Assembly: GCA_963771175.1 (NCBI GenBank)
Contig: CAVYSY010000027.1
Span: 79,932-143,931, forward strand
Direction: 5' to 3'
From: an uncultured delta proteobacterium
Lineage (GTDB): Bacteria; Myxococcota; Myxococcia; Myxococcales; Myxococcaceae
DNA: 64,000 bases
Shown piece by piece: positions 1-10,398 of this stretch (position 1 is its first letter; each line of letters starts with the position of its first letter). A program made the translations under genes and the position numbers. The notes beneath the pieces are model-generated. The model had not been told where the DNA came from and searched no databases. It saw nothing but the letters and a program-made list of their open reading frames with translations.

Positions 1-210
1 AAGGCCGTGACCACCTTTGGAGAGCGCTCCTACGAGCGGGTGGGCGAGAAGGCCGCCCGGATGCACTTCCGAGCGGACCTGCTGGGCCCGAGCTGGCAGC
101 AGGGCGTGGTGGAGCAGGCCCTCGGCTCCATGTCCCAGATGAAGCCCCGCGTGCGAGTGGAAATGAAGAACGCCTCCGGTACAGACTTCACCGCCCACGT
201 GGAGTGGTGA
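1..210 (+). CDS. DUF2378/TIGR02265 myxobacterial family protein, C-terminal part (5' end outside window)
   Basis: Open frame from base 1; AVTTFGERSYERVGEKAARMHFRADLLGPSWQQGVVEQAL resembles the DUF2378 C-terminal pattern. Confidence 0.6.
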   Translation, partial: KAVTTFGERSYERVGEKAARMHFRADLLGPSWQQGVVEQALGSMSQMKPRVRVEMKNASGTDFTAHVEW

Positions 211-234
211 GGGCGGTCTCAACGGAGAGTCCTC

Positions 235-891
235 TTGGAAGCAGTCAGCACCCCGCGCATCAAGATTTGCTGCATCGCCAGTGTCGAGGAGGCCCGGGCC
301 GCCATCCGCGCCGGAGCCTCGGCGCTGGGACTCGTCTCCTCGATGCCCAGTGGGCCCGGTGTCATTCCGGAGTCGCTCATCGCGGAGATCGCCGCCGCCG
401 TGCCGCCGCCCATCGCCACCTTCCTGCTCACGAGCAGCCAGGACGCCGGAGCCATCATCGCGCAGCAGCGGCGCTGCCGGACCAACACGGTGCAGCTCTG
501 CGACCGGCTCACCTCGGGAAACTACGCGGACCTGCGCGGGGCCATGCCGGGCGTGTCGCTCGTGCAGGTCATCCACGTCACCGGCGAGGAGTCCCTGCAG
601 GAGGCGCTCTCCGTGGCGCCGCACGTGGATGCCCTGCTGCTCGACTCGGGCAACCAGTCCCTGATGGTGAAGGAACTGGGTGGCACCGGACGCGTCCACG
701 ACTGGAGCGTCAGCCGGCGCATCCGCGAGCAGGTGCGCATCCCCATCTTCCTCGCCGGAGGACTGCGCCCGGAGAACGTGCGCGAGGCCATCCAGCAGGT
801 GGGGCCTTTCGGGCTCGACCTGTGCAGCGGCGTGCGGACGGCGGGCAGGCTGGACGAGGAGAAGCTCGGGCGGTTCTTCGCGCGAATCTGA
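235..891 (+). CDS. trpF: Phosphoribosylanthranilate isomerase
   Basis: PRIKICCI, LLLDS, GGTGRVHDW, FLAGGLRPENV, LDLCSGV motifs. Confidence 0.9.
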   Translation: MEAVSTPRIKICCIASVEEARAAIRAGASALGLVSSMPSGPGVIPESLIAEIAAAVPPPIATFLLTSSQDAGAIIAQQRRCRTNTVQLCDRLTSGNYADLRGAMPGVSLVQVIHVTGEESLQEALSVAPHVDALLLDSGNQSLMVKELGGTGRVHDWSVSRRIREQVRIPIFLAGGLRPENVREAIQQVGPFGLDLCSGVRTAGRLDEEKLGRFFARI

Positions 892-910
892 GCCCCCGGC
901 TCCACGGGTC

Positions 911-3334
911 TCACCCGGTCTCGTCCCGAGCGGGCTCACTCAGCGGATCCGACAGGACGGTGAGGATCGGCCGTGCCTCATCCAGCAACGGAGCGAAGAG
1001 GGTGAGCTGTTCGGGAGCCGCGAACACCGCGGCGAAATCCTCGGGAGTCAGCGCGCGCACCAGCCGGGCCGCGAACGTCTCGCGCAGCAGTCGGACATAG
1101 AACTCGACGTCGTAGTCCTCGCGCGAAACGCTCGGGGCGCCGCCCGTGTCGTCGGCATCCGGGTCGGCCAGCAGTCCCGCTCGCCCTCCCACCGCTCGGT
1201 AGACCCGGACGTGCTCGCCCGGAGTCCAGTGGGTCCGCCCACTCGCCAGCACGGCCTCGTAGGACAGCTCGCGCCGGCTCTCGCGCGTGGCGAGGTACTC
1301 CCGCGGGCTCTTCGTCAGCCGGACACGTGCCGCCACCTCGATGGCCGGGACAGCCCGCCGCCGCAGCGCGGTCACCGTCTCCACATAGACATTCCGCACG
1401 CCCGGAAGGTCACCCGCGAGCAGACAGCTCAGCGCCCGACGCAGGAAGTTCTCGCCGAAGGGCTCCGCCCGACTGGACCGGAACGCCACACCGCGCAGCA
1501 CGAGGGGACCCTCGTAGGGCTGCAGCGCATAGTTCTTCGGCTCGTGCGAGAGCATCGCGGCGTAGCGTCCGTCGAACTCGAGCCGGACACGGGGTGGCAG
1601 CAGGGCCGCGACCTCGGAGACCACCCGGCGCTCGTCGGCCTCGCGCCAGTCGTCCGGCACGGCGAAGTACACGCCATCCGTGTCGGCCTCCAGCAACGTG
1701 ACGCCCCGTCGTGCCAGCTCGCGGCAGAGCAGCCCCAGCACCTCGCGCCCGCGCCGCGTCACCTCGTTGGCGGCGTGCACATCCGAGAAGCGCGTGAGCC
1801 CGACCGCGCCGAGGTAGCCGTAGGCCGAGTTGACGACGATCTTCATCGCCGCCGAGAGCGCCTCGTCCGTGTGACGCTCCGGTGAGCCGGGCGCCGCGGC
1901 ACGCGCCCGCGCCTTGGCCGCCAGCCGCTGCTCCACGAGCCGGTCGACCAGGGCGAGCAGCACGCCGAGCCGATCCCTCCGCGGTCCGATCCGATACTCG
2001 CGCATCAGCGACGGGTACAGGCTGGCGACGTCGGCCTTCACGATGTTCCGTGCCACGCCCGTGGCGAACAGGTGGAGCGCCGCACCACTGTGGGGCGTGC
2101 CATCCCCTGCTTCGTGTGAGGGCAGCGCGGCTCCCTCGCGGAGGTAGGCGCGCACGAGGAGCGGGTCGAGCACTCCGGTGGCGGGCCCCGCGTCCGCGAG
2201 GCGCTCGTAGCGACGCGGAGCCATGCGGGCGAGCGCGAAGGCCGCCCCGCCGAGCAGGCGCGCGAGACCGGCGGCCTCCGTCACGTCGTCGCGGGCGTAG
2301 CGCCGCACGCGCTCGGGGTCGTGGCGGAAGACCTCGTGCACCCGGGCTCCCGGAATGTGCTCCCGCGCCGGCCCCGCGAGGCCGAGGTGCCGCGCGACGG
2401 CCTTGAGCCCGTGGCCCGGCAGGTCTCGGGCCGCGAAGTCGTGCCGCATCACGGCGTCCAGCGTGTCGATCAACTCGCGGCCGGGCAGCGTGTACCGCGA
2501 GCGGCGCATCGGGTCGGCGGCGCGGTCTGTCGAGCCACGTCCCAATGCGGACCCCCGGGCGGCGGGGCGCAGTCGCAGGCCCGGATTGCCAGCACGTCCC
2601 AGCGCGAGCGGTACGCCGAGCAACCGCGCGCGGCGGGCGAGGAACGGCAGGTCGAAGCCGTGCAGGTTGTGGTTCTCGATGACGTCGGGGTCCAAGGCGC
2701 GGACGCGCGCGACCAACCGGTGGAGAAGCTCGGCCTCGGCGGCGGCGTCGTCGCCGGAGACCTCGAGGACCTCGGTCCCGCCATCGGGAGCGCGCAGTGC
2801 CACGAGGAAGATCCGATCCCGATCGGGCTCCAGCCCGGTGGTCTCGAGATCGAACTGCATGCGGTGCAGGTCGTCGAAACCAAGCCCGCGAAAATACGTG
2901 CGCCCCGATGCGATGAGGTACTGCTCCTCTGGTGGCAGCGCGAGCACGGTGTCAGCCCCCAGCTCACGCAGATTCCTGAACGAGCGACCCAGGCGCCGCG
3001 CGGCACCCTGGAGCACGGCCGCGGCCAGCGCGCGCCCATCGTCCGCACGGACCACGTAACGAAGCGCGCCGGGCCCCTGCAGTTCCTCGTAGCTCACCCG
3101 GTTCGGCGCGGACCCCTCACGCTCGGGACGAAGCCTCGCGCCGAGGTGCGCCAGGTCATCCAGTGAAGCGAGGAGCAGCCATGGGCGGAAGCGCACGTCT
3201 TCCCGCACGAGAGCGCCAGTCCCTGGGAGCCGCCGCCAGACGAAGGCACGGCCATCGGGCTCCGCCCACACCGAGACAATGCCCGGCGTGGGATCCCAGC
3301 CCCAGAGCCACTCGTCCTCCCTCGTGTCGGCCAT
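911..3334 (-). CDS. Family B DNA polymerase with 3'-5' exonuclease domain (PolII-like)
   Basis: ExoI FDLETTG, ExoII NHNLHGFDLPFL, ExoIII YARDDV; polymerase motifs DVASLYPS, KIVVNSAYGYLG, ADTDG. Confidence 0.92.
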   Translation of the reverse strand: MADTREDEWLWGWDPTPGIVSVWAEPDGRAFVWRRLPGTGALVREDVRFRPWLLLASLDDLAHLGARLRPEREGSAPNRVSYEELQGPGALRYVVRADDGRALAAAVLQGAARRLGRSFRNLRELGADTVLALPPEEQYLIASGRTYFRGLGFDDLHRMQFDLETTGLEPDRDRIFLVALRAPDGGTEVLEVSGDDAAAEAELLHRLVARVRALDPDVIENHNLHGFDLPFLARRARLLGVPLALGRAGNPGLRLRPAARGSALGRGSTDRAADPMRRSRYTLPGRELIDTLDAVMRHDFAARDLPGHGLKAVARHLGLAGPAREHIPGARVHEVFRHDPERVRRYARDDVTEAAGLARLLGGAAFALARMAPRRYERLADAGPATGVLDPLLVRAYLREGAALPSHEAGDGTPHSGAALHLFATGVARNIVKADVASLYPSLMREYRIGPRRDRLGVLLALVDRLVEQRLAAKARARAAAPGSPERHTDEALSAAMKIVVNSAYGYLGAVGLTRFSDVHAANEVTRRGREVLGLLCRELARRGVTLLEADTDGVYFAVPDDWREADERRVVSEVAALLPPRVRLEFDGRYAAMLSHEPKNYALQPYEGPLVLRGVAFRSSRAEPFGENFLRRALSCLLAGDLPGVRNVYVETVTALRRRAVPAIEVAARVRLTKSPREYLATRESRRELSYEAVLASGRTHWTPGEHVRVYRAVGGRAGLLADPDADDTGGAPSVSREDYDVEFYVRLLRETFAARLVRALTPEDFAAVFAAPEQLTLFAPLLDEARPILTVLSDPLSEPARDETG

Positions 3335-3400
3335 CGCGTTTCCGTGGCACTCGAATACCACGGCCCCGCGCGGCGATGGGTCGGACCGGAGCCCGAGGCT

Positions 3401-3985
3401 TCACGCCGCGCCGCGACCGGAGGGCGTGGGGATGTTGGGACCACGAGGCCGAGGGGCTCCGGGACGCGACCTCGCCCGCCACACCGCCGCCGAGTAGTCC
3501 ACCACCGACGCGAGCGCCGTGAGCCCCACGGCGATGACCAACGGGCGCACCAGCCCCGGCGCCAACAGCACCGCCAGCAGCGCCGCGAGTTGCAGCGTCG
3601 TCACCACCTTGCCCAGCATCCGCGCCTTGAACATCACCAGGCGGAACCGCGGCAGGAGGCGCGACACCACGAAGCCCAGCCCCGTTGCCACGTCCCGCAC
3701 CACCAGGACGCCGAACTCCAGGGGCGTCAGCCTCCCCTCCAGCACGAAGGAGAACAGCGCCACCATCACGAAGCCCCGGTCCGCGATCGGGTCGATGAGC
3801 GCCCCCCAATACGTCTCCAGGTGCTTGTGACGCGCGATGTACCCGTCCAGGAAGTCCGTCAACCCCGCGGCCACCACCAGGCCCACCCGGACCCAGGGGT
3901 CCTCCAGCACGACGAAGAGGGCCGCGAGCGGCAGGCGGGACAGCGACAACGCATTGAGGAGCGTGAGGCTCGTGCGGCGGCGCAT
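3401..3985 (-). CDS. CDP-alcohol phosphatidyltransferase (PgsA-like)
   Basis: NALSLSR; TDFLDGYIAR...GALIDPIAD signature. Confidence 0.9.
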   Translation of the reverse strand: MRRRTSLTLLNALSLSRLPLAALFVVLEDPWVRVGLVVAAGLTDFLDGYIARHKHLETYWGALIDPIADRGFVMVALFSFVLEGRLTPLEFGVLVVRDVATGLGFVVSRLLPRFRLVMFKARMLGKVVTTLQLAALLAVLLAPGLVRPLVIAVGLTALASVVDYSAAVWRARSRPGAPRPRGPNIPTPSGRGAA

Positions 3986-4125
3986 ACCGCCCTAACCTAG
4001 GGATGCCTCCCGCCTGTGACCTGTGAAGAGGCGAGGGCCTGCCTGCCCCTCCGCCGTGGAACCTGCCGCACGCGCCGTTGTCCAAGGGCTCCGAGAAACG
4101 AATCCACCCATTCTGGAGGCAGTCC

Positions 4126-5988
4126 ATGAGGCGGAGTCCCCTCGCCGTCACGGGAGTCGTGTGCGCGCTGGCCGTTGGGAGCTGGACACTCGGCGGCTGC
4201 AGGCGCTCCGAGGACGCACCGGCGAAGCCGACCCAGGCCCAGGCGGAGTCGCCACGGGCGGAGCTCCAGGCCGGCAAGAAGGACGCGGCACCCGAGGCCA
4301 AGATGAAGGTGGCCGAAGCGCCGCGCCCGGTCGCCCCGGGCACCCCGTCGAGCGCGCCTGGCGGGGAGCCGCCCCAGGCCATGGCGAAGCTCTTCGGCGG
4401 GAGCAGTGGAGGAACCGCCCAGGGACTCGGAGGACTCGGCCTGAAGGGGGCGGGCTCCGGCGGGGGTGGCATGGGCGTGGTGGGCATCGGGGGCATCGGC
4501 ACCAAGGGCCGGGGGGGAGGCAGTGCCTCCTACGGTTACGGCTCGGGACTCCAGAGCCTGAGCGGCAAGGCCGGCATGCGAATCCCCACCGCCCACCTTC
4601 CCGCCGAGCCGCTCGCCGGCAACACCGAGGAGTACCGCGACCACGGGGTGAATCCCTTCGTCACCACCGCCGAGGACCGGCTCTCCACCTTCGCCATCGA
4701 CGTGGACACCGCCTCCTACACCCTCGCGCGGCGCAAGATTCTCGAGGGCACGCCGCCCCCGCGCGAGGCCGTGCGCGTGGAGGAGTTCCTCAACTACTTC
4801 CGCTACTCCTACCCCGAGCCCGAGGGCTCCCCGCTCGCGGTGCACCTGGACGCCGCGCCCTCGCCCTTCACCCCCGGCCGGCACCTGCTGCGCGTGGGCG
4901 TGCAGGGCAAGCGCCTCAGCATCTCCGAGCGCAAGGCCGCGCACCTCACCTTCCTGGTGGACGTCTCCGGCTCGATGCAGTCCCCCGACAAGCTGCCGCT
5001 CGCGAAGCGCTCGCTGCGCATGCTCGTCGACAACCTGCGCGACGGTGACACCGTGGCGCTCGTCACCTACGCGGGCGGCGTGAAGCTCGCGCTGCCTCCC
5101 ACCGGCCTGGAGCACAAGGCCCGCATCCACGCCGCCATCGAGGACCTCACCGCGGGAGGCTCCACCGCCATGGCCTCGGGCATCCAGCTCGCCTACCAGC
5201 AGGCGATGAAGACGCTCGATGGGGGCTCCATCTCGCGCGTCATCATCCTCTCCGACGGCGACGCCAACGTGGGCCCCACCTCCCACGAGGACATCCTCCA
5301 GCTCATCCGCGGCCACGTGAAGGAGGGCATCACCGTCACCACCGTGGGCTTCGGCATGGGCAACTACAAGGACACGGTGATGGAGCAGTTCGCCGACCAG
5401 GGCAATGGCAACCACTACTACGTGGACTCGCTCCTGGCCGCGCGCCGCATCTTCCAGGAGCAGCTCGGCGGCACCCTGGAGGTCATCGCCCAGGACGTGA
5501 AGCTCCAGGTGGAGTTCGATCCCGCCCAGGTGGCCCGCTACCGGCTCGTCGGCTACGAGAACCGGGACATCGCCGACCGCGACTTCCGCAACGACAAGGT
5601 GGACGCGGGCGAGATTGGCTCGGGCCACACCGTCACCGCGCTCTACGAGCTGGAGTTGAAGCCCGGCGCCGGAGCGGGACTGGCCACCGTGCGCCTCCGC
5701 GCCAAGCAGCCCCGGGGCGAGTCGGCCTCGGAGCGCGTGTTCCACTTCCCCGCCGGAGCGCTCGCGGCCTCCTTCGCCGAGGCCCCCATGGACCTGCGCT
5801 TCGCCACCGCCGTCATGGGCGCCGCCGAAATCCTCCGCCGCAGCCCGCACGCCGAGCGCTGGAGCCTCGACCAGGCGCTCACGATTGCCCGCGGCGCCAC
5901 GCCCCAGGGCAACGCCGAGCGCGAGGAGTTCCTCTCAATCCTGAAGCGCGCCCGCTCACTCGTGGGCCGCGTGGCGCGGGGCCGCTGA
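4126..5988 (+). CDS. VWA-domain lipoprotein (YfbK-like: vWF_A, VWA, DUF3520)
   Basis: Signal ending LGGC; STFAIDVDTASY, MIDAS DVSGSM, LSDGDANVG, DFRNDKVDAGEIG. Confidence 0.88.
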   Translation: MRRSPLAVTGVVCALAVGSWTLGGCRRSEDAPAKPTQAQAESPRAELQAGKKDAAPEAKMKVAEAPRPVAPGTPSSAPGGEPPQAMAKLFGGSSGGTAQGLGGLGLKGAGSGGGGMGVVGIGGIGTKGRGGGSASYGYGSGLQSLSGKAGMRIPTAHLPAEPLAGNTEEYRDHGVNPFVTTAEDRLSTFAIDVDTASYTLARRKILEGTPPPREAVRVEEFLNYFRYSYPEPEGSPLAVHLDAAPSPFTPGRHLLRVGVQGKRLSISERKAAHLTFLVDVSGSMQSPDKLPLAKRSLRMLVDNLRDGDTVALVTYAGGVKLALPPTGLEHKARIHAAIEDLTAGGSTAMASGIQLAYQQAMKTLDGGSISRVIILSDGDANVGPTSHEDILQLIRGHVKEGITVTTVGFGMGNYKDTVMEQFADQGNGNHYYVDSLLAARRIFQEQLGGTLEVIAQDVKLQVEFDPAQVARYRLVGYENRDIADRDFRNDKVDAGEIGSGHTVTALYELELKPGAGAGLATVRLRAKQPRGESASERVFHFPAGALAASFAEAPMDLRFATAVMGAAEILRRSPHAERWSLDQALTIARGATPQGNAEREEFLSILKRARSLVGRVARGR

Positions 5989-6024
5989 GCCCGTCGGGTG
6001 ATGCGCACCCAACCTTCGAGCGAG

Positions 6025-6861
6025 CTATGGGGAGAAAGTAGCACCCACTCCCAGAGCCGGTGGCTGCGCAGGAGCAGGGGCCAGCAACGCATCAACGAAC
6101 GCGCGGAACATCTTCACACGTGGGAGGTCGAGGGCCTCTTCGTCGATCCACCGGTTGTCCTGGAGCGACATCTGGATGGCTTTTCCGGGCCGAAGAACGG
6201 AGCCAATGGCTCCGACGATTGCCTTCCGCCGACCCGCTGGCTTCAGGAAGTCCACGAGGTCTTCCTTGGCGTACGGTGGGGTCTCGGCCTTCACGGAGTC
6301 GACATGGGTGCGCGCGGAAGCGAGGAGCTGGGGGTATTGCTTCTCCGCGCATTCGATGAGCAGGTCTTCGAGCGTACCAGCGCTCACATTGTCCGGAAGG
6401 ACGAAGATTCCAATTCGAGGCGGGCCTTCGACCACCCGACCCGGGTCTACAGCCAGGGGGAGTTTCGCGTCGGCGAGTCCCTTCGAGATGGTGGCGAAGC
6501 GCTCGCTTGCCGACTTCTTCTGGTCGGAGTCGAGCACGATGCCGATGGCATGGAGCTCATCGGCCCCGGGCTGATCGACTGTGTTCCTGACGCGGATGGC
6601 ACTGGTGAGCAGTTGACTGTCACCGGTCACCGCGTCGATGGCTACCGACACAGTGTCGTTCTGGAAGAACGCCGGGACCTGCACGCGCTTCAGCAGGTCG
6701 GTTGACCCGAGCGGAGAGGGCCAACTGGTCGGCAGCAGCGGAACCCAGAACGGGGCGAGCTGGGGCTTGTGCTGGATCCGCTTTAGCCCCTGGAGCTTGA
6801 GGAACCGCGCCACGAACTCGACATCATGCGGACCCTCGACAGCGAAATAGACGTATCGCAT
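6025..6861 (-). CDS. DUF3226-like TOPRIM-fold putative nuclease
   Basis: FAVEGPHD and IVLDSD (TOPRIM E and DxD), FVLPDN..GTLEDLL; 3 bp downstream of the ATPase gene. Confidence 0.75.
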   Translation of the reverse strand: MRYVYFAVEGPHDVEFVARFLKLQGLKRIQHKPQLAPFWVPLLPTSWPSPLGSTDLLKRVQVPAFFQNDTVSVAIDAVTGDSQLLTSAIRVRNTVDQPGADELHAIGIVLDSDQKKSASERFATISKGLADAKLPLAVDPGRVVEGPPRIGIFVLPDNVSAGTLEDLLIECAEKQYPQLLASARTHVDSVKAETPPYAKEDLVDFLKPAGRRKAIVGAIGSVLRPGKAIQMSLQDNRWIDEEALDLPRVKMFRAFVDALLAPAPAQPPALGVGATFSP

Positions 6862-6864
6862 GGG

Positions 6865-7947
6865 CTATCGCACTTCGAGGCCGCGCTCGAACCGCATCCA
6901 CTTGAGCTGCTCCTCACCGTAGCGCTTGACGACGCTCTGTCCCTCATGTCGGCCGAGCTTGAACGCGACGACGTCCTCCTCGGGAGTCGTATCCGCGGCG
7001 AGCAGCGCGTCGATGGCTTCGAGGCTGTGCGTCGTCACGAAGAGCTGGACATCGAGCTCGCGACAGACGCGGACGAGCCAGGAATACACGCCACCCAGCG
7101 CGCTCACGTGGATGCCGGTCTCTATCTCGTCGATGAGCAGGAGGCCCCCCTTCGCTTTCACGACGGACTCAGCGAGGAGCAACGTGCGACGGATGCCGTC
7201 GCCATAGACGCTCAGTGGCACGGGCCCATACGTCGCATGTGTCACGTAGAGTACCGGCTCATCCTCGGGTTGCAGAATCTCGAGCCCCCGGATCTCCGGA
7301 TCGAGGAGGGAGAGCAAGGTGGTCAGGTCCTGACTGGTGCCCTCCAGTCGAGCCTGGGAGTAGCCACGAATGGGAACCGTTGGCATCCAGTGATGGTAGG
7401 CAAGTACCATCTCGCAGTGCGGCCCCCCGCTCTTCCGGCCAACTGAACCGATGTGCTCGCCCTGCCACAACGTAAAGGTGTGCATCCTCTCATGGTCTGC
7501 CGTGCGAGATTCGATCTGAAGCTCGGCACCGGGAGTCTCGCGCTCCGGAGCACTGACCCTTCCTCGATAAACCGGGGGTTGCCGCATGGCAACCACTCGC
7601 TTGAACCTCGCCTTTATCGCCGTGATGGGAATCCGCCCTTCGGCGTTGATGACCACTTCCGCGCGATCAAGCTCAGGCAGCTCGCTCGGCGGGAAGAGCC
7701 ACCTGAGCCGGTCGGTACGCGAAAGACGACGCAAGGGTATCTGCTGCGAGGGTTCCCGCTGTTGCGCAAGGCGGAGCCACCATGTCGGGTCGAGAGGTCG
7801 CGACATCAATGCGATGGCCTCGAGCACGCTCGTCTTCCCACTATCGTTCAGTCCGACAAGCAGGTTGACGCGCCCCAGCTTCTCCAACTTCAGGTGGCGA
7901 AGGCCACGAAACGCCGTGATGTCGAGGTGCTCGATGGGAAGGGGCAT
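6865..7947 (-). CDS. ABC-type ATPase (AAA_15/AAA_21, AbiEii-like)
   Basis: FRGL, Walker A GLNDSGKTS, signature YGDG, Walker B LLLIDEIETGIH, TTHS. Confidence 0.88.
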   Translation of the reverse strand: MPLPIEHLDITAFRGLRHLKLEKLGRVNLLVGLNDSGKTSVLEAIALMSRPLDPTWWLRLAQQREPSQQIPLRRLSRTDRLRWLFPPSELPELDRAEVVINAEGRIPITAIKARFKRVVAMRQPPVYRGRVSAPERETPGAELQIESRTADHERMHTFTLWQGEHIGSVGRKSGGPHCEMVLAYHHWMPTVPIRGYSQARLEGTSQDLTTLLSLLDPEIRGLEILQPEDEPVLYVTHATYGPVPLSVYGDGIRRTLLLAESVVKAKGGLLLIDEIETGIHVSALGGVYSWLVRVCRELDVQLFVTTHSLEAIDALLAADTTPEEDVVAFKLGRHEGQSVVKRYGEEQLKWMRFERGLEVR

Positions 7948-8099
7948 GACGTCCTCGCCGGCCAGGAGCGTAGCGAAGGACCGACCCCGAACCGACCGGG
8001 ATGGATCTTCGGTGGTTTGACGTGCGAGCGCCACATTTGCGTGTAGGCGAGCCGGGTCCTTGTTGACGTCTGGGGGGTTGACCGTGCGGAAGTGAGCCC

Positions 8100-8868
8100 A
8101 TGACCTCCCCCCACCTCCCGAAGCTCGTCCTGTGCGAGCTCGGGGAAACCACCGTCCCCGGCCTGGAGAGCTATTCGCCGTTCTGCCTCAAGGTGCACCG
8201 GGGCCTGAAGTACCTGGGCCTCCCCTACGAGCGCCGCCACGGCATGCCCAACAGCTTCAAGAAGTACCACCCCACCGGCCAGGTGCCCGTCCTGCTCATC
8301 GGCGACACCGAGGCCGTGGGCGACTCCACCGACATCCTCAAGCGAATCCAGACGCTCGCGGGCCGCACCTTCCACGGCACGAACGACCCGAAGCTCGCCG
8401 CCGAGGCCGTCCTCTGGGAGGAACTCGCGGACAACGCGCTCGCCGGCTTCGTCATGGCCTCCCGCTGGGCCGATGACCGCAACTGGCCCAGGTTCCGCGA
8501 CGCCGCCTTCGCCGGCATGCCCGGGTTGCTGCGGAGTGTCATCGGCGGTCAGGTGCGCAAGCGCATCGTCAAGGGTCTGGTGGCGCGCGACATCTGGCGC
8601 GCGGGCCCAGAGGTCTGCTGGCGCCGCTTCCAGGAGACCGCTCGACGCGCTGGAGGCCCGCGCTCCCGAGGAGGGCTTCTGGCTGAGCGCCTTCTCCACC
8701 GCGGACATCGCCCTGTTCGGCCTGCTCCACAGCCTGCGCAATGAGCTCACCGCGTGGCAGCGCGATCAGCTCGCCGCCCGCCCGCGGCTGACGCGCTACC
8801 TGGATCGGGTGGACGCGGCCACGAAGGGCTCGGATTCGGCCGGCGGGTCGCGCGCGTCCGCGGCGTAG
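8100..8868 (+). CDS. Glutathione S-transferase family protein (one frameshift near 8640)
   Basis: SYSPFCLKV, GQVPVL, DSTDI in one frame; ADIALFGLL in the next frame. Confidence 0.8.
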
Positions 8869-8944
8869 CGGGGACGCTTCCCGGGCCGGGGCCCCTTCGT
8901 CCCGGTTTACAGCCCCGCCCGGGTTGAAGTAGGGCCAAGGACCT

Positions 8945-9553
8945 ATGCCCATCCTCGCTCTCGTCCGACACGGACAGTCCCTGTGGAACCATGAGAACCG
9001 CTTCACCGGCTTCGTGGACGTGCCCCTGACCGAGAAGGGCCGCGCCGAGGCCCGGCAGGCGGCCAGGACCCTCGAGGGCCTCACGTTCGACGTGGCCTAC
9101 ACCTCGGCCCTCACCCGCGCCCAGGAGACGCTGGCCATCATCCTCGAGTCGCTCGGCCAGCGCATCCCCGTCATCCGCGACGCCGCCCTCAACGAGCGCC
9201 ACTACGGCGACCTCCAGGGTCTCAACAAGGAAGACGCCGCCAAGCGCTGGGGCGATGACCAGGTGAAGAAGTGGCGCCGCTCCTATGACGTGCCGCCCCC
9301 CAATGGCGAGTCCCTGGAGATGACCGCCAAGCGCGTGCTGCCCTTCTACGACCGCGCCATCAGCGGCGACCTGCGCCTGGGCAAGAACGTGCTCGTGGTG
9401 GCCCACGGCAACTCCAACCGCTCCCTGGTGATGAAGCTCGACAAGCTCACCGGTGAGCAGGTGGTGGGCCTGGAGCTCGCCACTGGCGTGCCGCTCGTCT
9501 ACGAGCTGTCCACCGAGTGCGAAGTCCTCCTGAAGCGCTCCCATACGCCGTGA
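8945..9553 (+). CDS. gpmA: 2,3-BPG-dependent phosphoglycerate mutase
   Basis: LVRHGQSLWN, LNERHYGDLQG, WRRSYDVPPP, VAHGNS. Confidence 0.95.
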   Translation: MPILALVRHGQSLWNHENRFTGFVDVPLTEKGRAEARQAARTLEGLTFDVAYTSALTRAQETLAIILESLGQRIPVIRDAALNERHYGDLQGLNKEDAAKRWGDDQVKKWRRSYDVPPPNGESLEMTAKRVLPFYDRAISGDLRLGKNVLVVAHGNSNRSLVMKLDKLTGEQVVGLELATGVPLVYELSTECEVLLKRSHTP

Positions 9554-9559
9554 GCAAGG

Positions 9560-9583
9560 CGGCGGGCGGCACTTCGCCCGCCG
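9560..9583 (+). terminator. GC hairpin after gpmA, possible terminator
   Basis: 9-bp arms CGGCGGGCG/CGCCCGCCG just after the stop; no clear U-tract. Confidence 0.4.
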
Positions 9584-9881
9584 TTGAAAAAAGCCATTGC
9601 AAATCCGGGGACGCGGCGTACCTTGCTCTCGACGCGTCCTCCGCGTCTCTCATGATCTCCTCTCGCTGACCACCACTCCGCCCCGCGGCCCTTCGAGGTG
9701 AATCGCCTATCGCTTCCGGTAGGCCGGTCGCCCGTGCGTCGCGTCTGAGCCGGTGAAGGCGGAGTGGGGTACCCGACAAGCGAACGCTCCGAGGCCATGT
9801 CACTGACCGACAGTCGTGACCTCGTGCTCGCGTGTCGGCTCGTCCGCGACCCCAACCCGCAGTGCTGAATTGGAGAGCTGT

Positions 9882-10376
9882 ATGAGAGCCGAAACCGTTT
9901 TCAATATCTTCAGCTATGGCGTGTTTCCCGCGTGGGCGCTGCTGATGTTCGCACCGCGCTGGAAGTGGACACTGCGACTGATCCACTCCGTCCTGATACC
10001 GGTGATGCTGGGCCTGGCGCATCTCGGCCTGATGGTGGGCCTGACCCTGGGTGCCGCCATCCCCGAGGGAGCCAACGCGGCGACCCTCCAGGGCGCTATG
10101 TTGCTCTTCAGCGACCCCTGGGTGGCGGTGCTCTGTTGGATCCACTACCTGGCGTTCGACGTGTTCCTCGGCGCGTGGATCGTCCGGGATGCGGGGCGTC
10201 ACAAGCTCCCCCACCTGGCGGTGGCCCCCTGCGTCCTGTTGACGATGTTCTATGGCCCGACAGGGCTCCTCGTGTACCTCACCCTCCGGTTCTTCATGCG
10301 CAGGACGGTCACCCTCAACGAGGAACCCGAGACCGCGAAGGTCGACGCTCCCCAGGAACAACTGGCGAGCGTCTGA
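9882..10376 (+). CDS. ABA4-like (DUF4281) membrane protein
   Basis: W..M.FAPRW, WIHYLAFDVFLG, LTMFYGPTGLL. Confidence 0.85.
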   Translation: MRAETVFNIFSYGVFPAWALLMFAPRWKWTLRLIHSVLIPVMLGLAHLGLMVGLTLGAAIPEGANAATLQGAMLLFSDPWVAVLCWIHYLAFDVFLGAWIVRDAGRHKLPHLAVAPCVLLTMFYGPTGLLVYLTLRFFMRRTVTLNEEPETAKVDAPQEQLASV

Positions 10377-10398
10377 CGGCCAGGGGCGGCGGGAAGGC

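Noticed and set aside
911..3334. PolB as a prophage, casposon or pipolin marker
   Set aside because: Flanked by trpF and a pgsA-like gene; no integrase, repeats or phage genes
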